Below are positions 27,381 to 37,527 of a stretch of DNA of 64,000 bases, one piece after another. This DNA is from Octopus bimaculoides (lineage: Eukaryota): contig NC_068984.1 in NCBI RefSeq assembly GCF_001194135.2, positions 33,946,993-34,010,992 on the forward strand, given 5' to 3'. A program made the translations under genes and the position numbers. The notes under the pieces are model-generated. The model searched no databases. It was not told the DNA's origin and was given only the letters and a program-made list of their open reading frames with translations. The first letter of the stretch is position 1. The number at the start of each line of letters is the position of its first letter.

Positions 27381-27994
27381 CAAAGAGAGAAAGGCTCACA
27401 AAACTATAGTCAGGAATCAAGGAAATATTTGGTTTTTTCAACAAATTTAATAATCCAAATGCTCACCATCATCGCTGTCATCGTCATCATCAACATCATT
27501 GTCATCATCAGTATCATTAGTGGTGGCAACAGCAGTGGTACTTTGTCAGCATCATCACAATCATTATCTCTGTACATCTGTTTACCATATAGACATTTCA
27601 GAAGAAATATAGTCAATCATGGCTGTCATTATGCGGAGTCACAAGTTATAGAATCAAAAGTAGATCACTCTTCTCTACTGACTTCAGCTTTGGCTCTGAG
27701 CTGCTGTAATCCAGTTGCCGATATGAGTGTTTAATCTCCTCATGTTGCATTTATGTACAGCCTTGTTTCTAATGAGAACTAATGAAAAACTTATAGCAAC
27801 CTACAGCTCTAATATCCAGGCTATAGATTTTCATTGCTACCTATTATTACATTTGCAATGCAATATATAACGATATACTTAATACATCAGAGCAAACTGG
27901 TTTGCATTTTCCAAATATAGTCACTTAGAGGTACATTTAAAATTTGTAATACATTCCAGGGATTCACTATTTTAGGTTCCTAAGATGAACAAAG

Positions 27995-28256
27995 GTACAC
28001 AACATTATTTACATTGGACGGATATGTACCCTCATCTTGTTTGTTGTTACCACAGCATTTCAGCTAATTTACTTTCCAGCCTTCATCAGGTGTCCTGGTG
28101 GAATTTTGAACCCAACCCTGGGTTTTCATTCCTAAGGTATTTTTCGTAATATTATTATCATTATTTATTTATTCAAGGCACTGCTTGAAATTAAACTCAG
28201 AATCTTGGGGTTAGTAGCCAACTCTCTTAACCACTATGCTATATATGCCTGTGGGC
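27995..28256 (-). mobile_element. tRNA-head plus hammerhead unit (Penelope pLTR-like), copy 1
   Basis: rc: gcccacaggcat..gcatagtggttaagag..ctactaaccccaagatt..(AAT)..ccttaggaatg..GACAC CTGATGA AGGCTG..TAGCT GAAA..aacaacaaacaagatgagg. Confidence 0.85.
28049..28094 (-). ncRNA. Minimal type I hammerhead ribozyme, degenerate stems
   Basis: GACAC CTGATGA A GGCTG gaaagtaaat TAGCT GAAA TGCT GTGGT. Confidence 0.55.
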
Positions 28257-28276
28257 TCTTAACCACTATGTTATAG

Positions 28277-28590
28277 CCTACAGGCATACAGTGTAGTGGT
28301 TAAGAGCACTGGCCACTAACCACAAGATTCCAAGTTCAATTCCAGGCAGTGCCTTGAATAATAATGATAATAGTAATAATAATAATAATAATAACATTAG
28401 CACAAATACCTTAGGAATGAGAATCCAGGGTTGGGTTCAAAATTCCACCAGGACACTTGATGAAGGCTGGAGAGTAAATCAGCCAAAACGTTGTGGTAAC
28501 AACAAACAAGATGAGGACACATATCCGTCCAATGTAAATAATGTAAATAATGTACAGAATCCCTCATCTCTAAAATCTAGAACAGAAAGG
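28277..28590 (+). mobile_element. tRNA-head plus hammerhead unit, copy 2 (head-to-head with copy 1)
   Basis: gcctacaggcat..gtagtggttaagagc..agttcaattcc..(AAT)n..GACAC TTGATGA AGGCTG..CAGCC AAAA CGTT GTGGT..tccctcatctctaaaatctagaac. Confidence 0.85.
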
Positions 28591-28721
28591 TACACAGCTG
28601 CTTATATATATTGAGTTTACAGATGTACTCCAACACAAAGAGTAATAAAGTGCAAACACACATGTTTACTAAAGTGACATACACACTCACTACACGAGTG
28701 CAACTTTATCCACATTTACCA

Positions 28722-28955
28722 CATGGCTGTGTGGTAAGAAACTTGCTTTCCAATTTGATTTGGTTGATAGAAACAGAGACAATTCTATCAAATATATGTG
28801 TGTGTGTGGGTGTGAGAGAGAGAGAGAAAGAGTGTGGGGGGGAGGCGTGTGTGTGTGTGTTCATGTGTGCGTGCATGTGCATGTGTGTCCACCATCACTT
28901 GACATCTAGTGTTGGTTCTAAAATCTCTCTAAGAGATCAACACAGTAGTTGTACT
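28722..28955 (+). mobile_element. Family A SINE, internally deleted and decayed
   Basis: ggctgtgtggtaagaaacttgctttccaa..gatagaaac..(GT)n..catcacttgaca. Confidence 0.5.
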
Positions 28956-28957
28956 GA

Positions 28958-29180
28958 CAAGTAATACTCATAGCCACTTTAACATGGCTGTTCATTCAAG
29001 CAGACTCTACTGCAATTTTTTAACCTCAAGAGGACATCTCCTCTAGCTGGTTAACAATACACAGTGCAGTACTGAGGAGTGACAGAAATATCCCAAAACC
29101 AGGACTGGTCTACTGGTCCTATTGCTAGGAGATGGTAGGGGTTCACTCCCCTACTCACAATTTTATCGGATGTAGCTGTG
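28958..29180 (+). mobile_element. Second hammerhead-bearing repeat (putative PLE pLTR)
   Basis: Contains the HHR at 29067-29115 and hairpin GTAGGGG-ttcact-CCCCTAC; its first ~90 bp recur inverted at 29634-29722. Confidence 0.6.
29067..29115 (+). ncRNA. Type I hammerhead ribozyme (G12 mutated to A)
   Basis: CAGTA CTGAGGA GTGA cagaaata TCCC AAAA CCAG ga CTGG TC TACTG: stem I 5/5, stem III 4/4 plus A-U, GUC site, stem II 3/4. Confidence 0.75.
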
Positions 29181-29638
29181 CATATCACTAAAGGTCTTAG
29201 TCACTTGTCATTGCTTCCATTCAAAGATCATGCTTCTCCATCTCGTCCCATGTCTTCCTGGGTCTACCTCTTCCATAAGTTCCTTCCTCAGTTAGAAACT
29301 GTCATTTCTTTACACAGCTGTCCTCGTCCATACGCATTACATGACCATACCAATGCAGTCATCTCTCTTGCACACAGCATATGATGCTTCTTATGCCCAA
29401 CTTTTCTCTCAAGATGCTTACACTCTGTCGTACATGCACACTGACATTACACATCCAGTGAAGCATACTAGCATCATTTCTGTGAAGCGTATGCATGTCC
29501 TTGGTTGTCACAGCCCATGTTTCACTGTTGTGTAGCATGGCTGTTTGCACTCAGGCCTAATACAATAAGCCTTTCACTCTGAAGAAGAGGCCTTTAGGTA
29601 CCAACAGAGGTAGGAGCTCTCTGAACTTTGCCCAGCTA
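29181..29638 (-). mobile_element. RTE LINE fragment, inverted near-copy of 24111-24566
   Basis: ~16 mismatches in ~456 bp; shares the in-frame stops of the 24k copy. Confidence 0.95.
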
Positions 29639-30014
29639 GAGGAGATGCCCACTGGGGGTTAAAAAATCGCAGTAGAGTCCGCTCAAATGGACAGCCATGT
29701 TAAAGTGGTTACGGATATTATTTAGTCTTTTGGTTTTCTACTTAATAATTCTTTTGTCTTAAAGTTGAAACATTCTTAACTTGAAAGTCAAAGCATTAAA
29801 AAACCTGCATCATTTGATTTTTAGTATAAACCACAACTATGCGAGTCAAACTTTAGCTAAGCATTTCTCATCTTACATGTAGAACCATAGAGACAGCCAC
29901 ATTTCCATCTACTCTTATAATTCTTAAAGATATCTGTAAGTGATAGAAATTCTATCTAACTTAGCCGTGCCATTTGAATTGACCCATTAACTGTATTTGA
30001 TATAATCTTTTCTA

Positions 30015-30218
30015 TTTTAGGTACAAGGTCTTAAATTTTGGGGAGGGGACTACTTGATTACACCGATGCCAGTGTTTCACTGGTACTTAATTTATTGACC
30101 CCGAAAGGATGAAAGGCAAAGTCGACCTCGGTGGAATTTGAACTCAGAACATAGTGATGGGTGAAATACCACTAAGCATTTTGCCCGGCATGCTAACGAT
30201 TCTGCCAGCTCGCTGCCT
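30015..30218 (-). mobile_element. Family B SINE
   Basis: actggtacttaatttattgaccccgaaaggatgaaaggcaaagtcgacctcggtggaatttgaactcagaac..ctgccagctcgctgcc. Confidence 0.9.
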
Positions 30219-30344
30219 TGGATATAATGGCATACAAAAGCACTTGCATGTTTCCAACAATCCTCTGTATCGGTACAAATTCGTTTTATCCTCAAAAAAC
30301 TGGGAATTTGGATTTGACTTAATTGAACAACTTCAAATAACTAA

Positions 30345-30495
30345 TCCCCACGTTGGTCTTTCAGCAACATATATTGGCAACAGGAAGGGCATTCAGCCAT
30401 AGAAAATCTGCCTAAACAAATTTTGTCTGATCAATGCAAGCATAGAAATGTGGACATTAAACAATGATGATAGTAATAATGAAGATGATGATGAC
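30345..30495 (+). mobile_element. RTE-type 3' tail, diverged
   Basis: ggcaacaggaagggcattcagccatagaaa..gcatagaaatgtggacattaaacaatgatga. Confidence 0.65.
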
Positions 30496-30882
30496 ATATG
30501 TATGAGTTCTCCGATCACAGCATTCCTCTTTGTTGCTGCCTTTCCTTCACTCCTTATATACCTCTGTCTCTATTTCTCTATTTCTCTTTCTCTCACTGTC
30601 TCCATCCCCCTCTCTCTCTATCTCCCTCTCTCTCTCTATCTCACTTGGTCAGTCTCACCCAATCACCTCATTTCTCAGTGAAGATTCATTTAGACAAGTA
30701 ACAGCCATGTTCAACACAGTGGCTCACTGAACTTGGCATATAATTACATATTTCAAGGAAGCCACAAGACTGAGAGTGCTAAGTTTAAGCTAATCAATAA
30801 TTATTATTTCTACTACTTTCATTATTATTATTAAGGGCATCTCTAACTGCCAGAAATTTTATTTATGCTCTCTGATCACACA

Positions 30883-30985
<103 letters not shown>

Positions 30986-31327
30986 CTCTCTCCTTCTCTC
31001 TCACCCTCTCTCTGTTGCTGTCCCTTCCTACCTCTCTACTACCCAATATGTCAGTCATCCTCTTTCCATCACCCATATGTCTCTCCCATCATTATCATCT
31101 CTCTTTTTCCTTCTGTCTCTATCCTTCTATTTCTCACTCCTTCTGTCTTTCTGTCTCTCTCTCCCCTCTCTCTTTCTATCTTTCATTCTGCAGTTTCTTC
31201 TCTGAAAATCCAGTCAGGTGGGATAGCATGTTTAACATGGTGGTTCATTGAATTTAGCATAATATTGTAGTGGAGGTAGTTCAGAATTTGGGGTTTGGAT
31301 TAACCAAATTATCTAGGAAAGCAATAA

Positions 31328-31603
31328 CTCTTTTCCAGTGGTGTTCTCTGTCTATTATCTTAACTTCATCCCACAGGGATAGGTGGTGTCCATTTTCCCA
31401 TACATGATCAGCTATACTCGATTTATCAATATCTCCTGCTGTCACAGCTTTGCGACGTATGTCTACCCTTAGTTTGAGGGGTGGCATGTTTTGCCTTTGT
31501 ATAACCTACCACAGCTTCATGGGACAGAGTACACGCAGTCTTTGGGCATATTCTCTTCTATTGGTGGTTTTACTCGAAGGAGATATTTGCAAAGTGTTGT
31601 ATT
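31328..31603 (-). mobile_element. Penelope-like GIY-YIG endonuclease fragment, inverted arm
   Basis: ..CGRLYKG..PLKLRVDIRRKAVTAGDIDKSSIADHVWENGHH..WDEVKIIDREHHWK. Confidence 0.85.
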
Positions 31604-31980
31604 ACTCCTTCGAGTAAAACCACCAGTAGAAGAGAATATGACTAAAGACTGCGTGTACTCCATCCACGCAGCTGTGGTAGGTTATACAAAGGTGAAACAT
31701 GCCACCCTCTCAAAATAAAGGTAGACAAACATCACAAACCTGTGACATGAGAAGATATTGATAAATCGGATATAGCTGATCATGTATGGGAAAATGGAGA
31801 CCACCTCCCCCTGTGGGATGAAGTTAAAATAATAGACAGAGAACAACACTGGAAAATACGAAAACTAAAAAAAGCAGCACATATGTTAGGATACAACCAC
31901 TTCCTAAGCAGGCCAAGTCCAGATATGAATAGCATATGGGAACTGGTATTAAGGAAGGATAGAAAAATATTAGATTTATA
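31604..31980 (+). mobile_element. Penelope-like element ORF 3' end (GIY-YIG endonuclease), disrupted
   Basis: LLRVKPPVEENMTKDCVYSI./SCGRLYKGETCHPLK..H..DIDKSDIADHVWENGDHLPLWDEVKIIDREQHWKIRKLKKAAHM..SRPS..NSIWELVLRK..*. Confidence 0.9.
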
Positions 31981-32003
31981 AGCATTAAAATTCACTCCAT
32001 AAT

Positions 32004-32270
32004 TGCCTACAGGCATATGGCATAGTGGTTAAGAATACGGGCTACTTACCCCAAGATTCCGAGTTCACTTCCAAGCAGTGACCTAAACAATAATAATAAT
32101 AATAATAACATTGGAACGAGAACCCAAGTTCGAAATTTCCCCAAGACACCTGAGGAAGGCTGGAGGGTATATCAGCCGAAACATTGTGTTAACAACAAAC
32201 AAGATGAGGACAAATATCCGTCAAATATAAATAATGTACATAATTCCTCATCTCTTAAATATAGAACTGG
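32004..32270 (+). mobile_element. tRNA-head plus hammerhead unit, copy 3, directly after the GIY-YIG stop
   Basis: gcctacaggcat..gcatagtggttaag..ctacttaccccaagattccgagttcacttcc..(AAT)n..HHR..ttcctcatctcttaaatatagaact. Confidence 0.9.
32145..32190 (+). ncRNA. Minimal type I hammerhead ribozyme (core intact)
   Basis: GACAC CTGAGGA A GGCTG gagggtatat CAGCC GAAA CATT GTGTT; stem III palindrome ACGT decayed to ACAT. Confidence 0.75.
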
Positions 32271-32665
32271 ACAAAGAACATAGTTACGAAATATTCTTAG
32301 AAGGCAGCATCACTAATATCTATGGTTGGCTATTCATCAGAGAATGAAACAATGTAACTATGCTTGTCAGAATGTGTGATAGGATGATTAAACGTATACT
32401 TGTCATAGAGAAATTGGCACAAACAAATCCAGTTGATGTACAGATAGACTGCATACTACTTCAATAGCAGATGACCCTGATCTGATGACCTAGTGCTCTT
32501 TATTTGCAATGGTTCGTGCATATACAGTTGTATTGTAAAATGCCAAGCATGCAACATAATTTCTTCCACACCAAAATTAATACTGTATGAAGAAGCAGTA
32601 ATTCTTAGGATGTCAGATGGTTAAATAAATATATAGTCACCTCTCATACCCACTGACTTAGATGG

Positions 32666-32724
<59 letters not shown>

Positions 32725-33509
32725 CACTATTTATGCAGCATATTAACTGTATCTATAGCCTTAGAAGGCATGATGCCCTGGAATTGTCTGAGATAAAATC
32801 TCTTCATAAATTTATTGTGTTAAAAATACAATATATATCAAGCAAGATGACTCATGAAAATGACATGCATTTCATCATTTTTGACACTTGTCAATGTTGT
32901 ACACCAATTGGTGCCTTAATGCCTAAGGACACACCGAATAAATAATTCACTGATACTGTGGAAGCTTTCTGAGCTCAAGAAACCCTTTGGGTTATGCAAA
33001 TGTAGCAGCTTTAAATTAAAATTGTCATCGGTGTATATACCCCATTAGAAGGCAAGACGTTCTGAAATTGTTTGAGATAAAATTTCTTCATAAACCTGTC
33101 ATGTTTTTCTACAGCCCTAATTGATGACCGAGCCAAGCTAATAACAAGCAAAAAAAACCCTACAATCAATGAGCATCTGACAAATTTTTGAAGAAAAGCT
33201 TGGTTAACATGTTTGATGTGGTTGCACATGATGCAATCACACAAATGAGAAAGAAACAAAGAAGAGTGATTTGCAAAAATCTTGTGATCTGTTATTTTTG
33301 GAAGAGCAAAAAAGATGCAAGGAGAATGTGTTTACACAGATTTGATAAGAATTACATTTATAATATCCAGAAAGTAAAAGACAGAAAGAAAGCTGTCAAA
33401 ATGCTTTAGATAAATGAAAAGACAAATAGTCATAAACAAACAGTCAATTCATGACTCATCTAAAATGAAATTGTGCAAACCAAGTGATGTGAAATCAAAG
33501 GGCAACTTT

Positions 33510-33626
<117 letters not shown>

Positions 33627-34456
33627 CATTGATGGCTGAATGGATGGATGCCTAGATCCATGAATAGATAGAAAGATAGATAGATAAAGATAAACTTACT
33701 TGGAAATGGATGCATGGTGTTCAATCAAATAATAATATAAATAATAGATAGATAGATAGATAGATAGATAGAATAAAAGTCAGAAAAGCATAATGTTCAC
33801 ATATATCTCATGATTTAATTGCTGAGTGCAATTATATCATGAGATATTCCTTTGCAATAAACGCCATTATTTATATAATTACATAATTAAGATAATTAAT
33901 TAATTAATTTAAAAGTGCAGGTGACAACTGTATGCATTGGGTAAGGATGAGGAGTGACCAGTGAGTTCAGGGAGATAGCTTAGAGGAGAAGACTGACAAT
34001 ACAGAAATAGTGGTAGGATGAGGACTGAGGTGAAGAGATGCAGAGTAGTAGCAACAATGAAACAGTAAACAGAAGAAAGTTGTCAGAAACTGGAAGAAAG
34101 GGAGAGAAAGAAATATGACAAACATTTGGGTAGGTTGTAAGAGTGTAGGGCAGTTATAGTGAATAGTGATGGAGTAATGTATGGAGTGGGGGAGAGATAA
34201 TTTGGTGGTACAAGCAGTGATCAATGTAAAATGTGGGTGGAGAGAATAGTATTAAGAATGAAAATTGGATAAGAAGTGAAATGGTTCCTGGGGGTAAGAA
34301 AGGTAAGCAGTATCTACAAAGCCCAGTAAAGTATGCAGTTTTGCTAACATTTAATTACAGCAGCAAATTACTGCAGTTAGGGAGGGGATGTCTTGAGGAG
34401 GAAATTGGGCAGGAGAACTTGTTGTGCACATTGTGCTTCCAGAATCTCACTTTTTC

Positions 34457-34693
34457 CAAGGCAGTGAGCTGGCAGAAACGTTAGCACACCGGGCGAAATG
34501 CTTAGCGGTATTTCATTTGCCGTTATGTTCTGAGTTCAAATATAGGCCGAGGTCGACTTTGCTTTTCATCCTTTCAGGGTTGATAAATTAAGTACCAGTT
34601 GCGTACTGGGTCAATATAATCCACTTAAACCCTTTGTCTGTCCTTGTTTGGCCCCTCTATGTCTAGCCCCTTGTGGGCGATAAAGAAATAAGA
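34457..34693 (+). mobile_element. tRNA-derived SINE family B, best-preserved copy
   Basis: gagctggcagaaacgttagc (A-box-like)..gagttcaaat (B-box-like)..gccgaggtcgactttgcttttcatcctttcagggttgataaattaagtaccagtt. Confidence 0.9.
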
Positions 34694-34744
34694 ATCTCAC
34701 TTTTGCCAAAGTAGGGGACTCTTTTCATGAATTGCATATTGCCA

Positions 34745-35080
34745 GTCATCCTTGTTCTTGATCATCTCCTCTGTGAATTTCAAGTCTCTGAGATCAGCCT
34801 TCACTATTTCATCCAATGTTCTCTTAGGTCTTCCTCTTCTGCAACTTCTATCCATATCAAGTGATCAGCACTTCGTTGCGCTGCTGTCCTTGCTGAAGTG
34901 CATCACTTGTCCATACCAACATAGTTTTCTTTCTTGAATACTACCTCTGATTCTTTTCATACCGTTTCTCTTTCAACCCATTTGTACTTTATCATTCCTG
35001 CACACTTAGATTGCACATCCAAACAGAGTATGCTAGCTTAATTCCTTTCCAGTCTTCTCAACTCCTTTCCATTTAAGGCC
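34745..35080 (-). mobile_element. Decayed RTE LINE ORF 3' end
   Basis: rc: ELRRLERN..RGRPKRTLDEIVKADLRDLKFTEEMIKNKDDW. Confidence 0.65.
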
Positions 35081-35087
35081 CATATCT

Positions 35088-35275
35088 CATCATCATCATT
35101 ATTAACATCTGTCTCCCATGCTGGCATGGATTGGACAATCTCACCTGATCTAATGAGCCATAGGGCTGCATAATGCACCATGTCAACCTTGGCATGGTTT
35201 CTATGGTTGCGTGCCCTTCCTAATACCAGCCACTTCACAGTATGTACTGGATGCTTTTCTTCATGCCACTGGCTT
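35088..35275 (-). mobile_element. RTE-type 3' tail
   Basis: (CAT)n..ccatgctggcatgg..gcccttcctaataccagccac..ctggatgc. Confidence 0.7.
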
Positions 35276-36150
35276 TAGTAAGGCTCTCAAGTTACTTGCA
35301 ACATGAGAAAGAACAAGAGAAGGCAAAAAAAGCAGTGAAAAGGGAAAAACCAATTCAACTAAGTAGGATGAGAATTTGACAGGGTAAAGAGGTGATTTTA
35401 TGCCAGGGGCAAGTAGGGACAAGCAGAGGTAGAGCTGTCTTGTTATTGAGAAGATTTGTGGGTGGGAGTATCTGTGGAAAGGGTGAGATTGTAGTGATAG
35501 GGTACCAGAGTAACAATAAGAAGCAAGAGATGATACAGGCAGTGGATCAGGAGTGGGATGTGGTTGTAACAGAGAAATAGATGGTTGTAGAAAACAGTAC
35601 AGGGGAATGTAATGTGTGATGAATGGGGATTGAGGTTCGGTTTGACAGGTAATATCAGTAAGGGTGGTGGGTAGGATAGAAGTGACTAAGAGATGAGAGT
35701 CAAAGGAGTAGATGATGAGCATGACATAGGGGCACTGGGGAAAGAGATGCAGAAGTACATAAGAGGTAGTTGTAGTGAGTGGGCATCTTGACCAACATGA
35801 GAAGAAGCTGAGAATGATAGCTGATANNNNNNNNNNNNNNNNNNNNNNNNNNNNNNNNNNNNNNNNNNNNNNNNNNNNNNNNNNNNNNNNNNNNNNNNNN
35901 NNNNNNNNNNNNNNNNNNNNNNNNNNNNNNNNNNNNNNNNNNNNNNNNNNNNNNNNNNNNNNNNNNNNNNNNNNNNNNNNNNNNNNNNNNNNNNNNNNNN
36001 NNNNNNNNNNNNNNNNNNNNNNNNNNNNNNNNNNNNNNNNNNNNNNNNNNNNNNNNNNNNNNNNNNNNNNNNNNNNNNNNNNNNNNNNNNNNNNNNNNNN
36101 NNNNNNNNNNNNNNNNNNNNNNNNNNNNNNNNNNNNNNNNNNNNNNNNNN

Positions 36151-36207
<57 letters not shown>

Positions 36208-36214
36208 GTGTATG

Positions 36215-36245
<31 letters not shown>

Positions 36246-36872
36246 GTATATATATATGTGTGTGTGTGTATGTATGTTTGTATATTTATATGTGTAGATA
36301 TATATATATTTATATGTATGTATATTTATATGTGCATATATATATGTGTATATACATACACCCTTCTGGCATGGTTTGGACAGATTGTCTTGCTCCATTT
36401 CAATAATCATTTTTCAAGTTATGGCTACTTAAACTAGCCAGAGAACTGTGTCTTGCTTGGTCATTTCATATTTGATTTGCTTTCAATGGCCATTTATATC
36501 TGTGTACACATACTCATACACACACGAACACACACAAACACACATACATACACACAACACACATACAGCACACAAAACACCCATACACACAAAAATACAT
36601 ACACACACATGTTTAACAGTGTACAATTTTTACTGTCGCCATGACTTTATTCTGTGTTATTGGTAATATACATGTCAGGAAGAAAAATTAAACAACAAAC
36701 AAATTTACTATTGTTCCCAATACAGTTTCAAATCTGTCAGGAACAAATGTTTCATTACAGTTAGAATATTAAACAGTATTTAATAACAACATAAACATAA
36801 ATATCTTTAAGTGCAGGCATGACTGAGAAAAGAATTTTGTTTTTCAACCACATGATTCTAAGTTCAGATCCA

Positions 36873-37527
36873 CTCTCTTTATTCTTTACACTCTTTTACT
36901 TGATTCAGTCATTTGACTGCAGCCATGCTGGAGCACCGCCTTTAGGCGAGCAAATCAACTCCAGGACTTATTCTTTGTAAGCCTAGTACTTATTCTATCA
37001 GCCTCTTTTGCCGAACCGCTAAGTTACAGGGACGTAAACACACCAGTATCGGTTGTCAAGCAATGCTAGGGAGACAAACACAGACACTCAAACATACACA
37101 CACACATCATCATCATCGTTTAACGTCCGCTTTCCATGCTAGCATGGGTTGGACGATTAGACTGAGGACTGGTGAAACCAGATGGCAACATCAGGCTCCA
37201 ATCTAATTTGGCAGAGTTTCTACAGNNNNNNNNNNAACGTCCGCTTTCCATGCTAGCATGGGTTGGACGATTAGACTGAGGACTGGTGAAACCAGATGGC
37301 AACATCAGGCTCCAATCTAATTTGGCAGAGTTTCTACAGCTGGATGCCCTTCCTAACGCCAACCACGGGCTTATTTCAGTCTCCGTCTACCAAATCCACT
37401 CACAAGGCTTTGGTCGGCCTGAGGCTATAGAAGAAGACACTTGCCCAAGATGCCATGCAGTGGGACTGAACCCCGGAACCATGTGGTTGGTAAGCAAGCT
37501 ACTTACCACACAGCCACTCCTGCACCA
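36873..37527 (-). mobile_element. Family A SINE interrupted by an RTE 3' tail (37107-37365)
   Basis: SINE 3' half at 36873-37105 and 5' half at 37367-37527 are collinear with 44493-44908; the RTE tail sits in the internal (CA)n. Confidence 0.9.

Noticed and set aside
27144-27734. 196-aa KE/R-rich ORF
   Set aside because: Product of the 27-bp GA minisatellite plus a (CAT)-like stretch.
37116-37345. 110-bp direct duplication of the RTE tail around a 10-N gap
   Set aside because: Identical copies flanking a gap; a typical unmerged contig overlap artefact.
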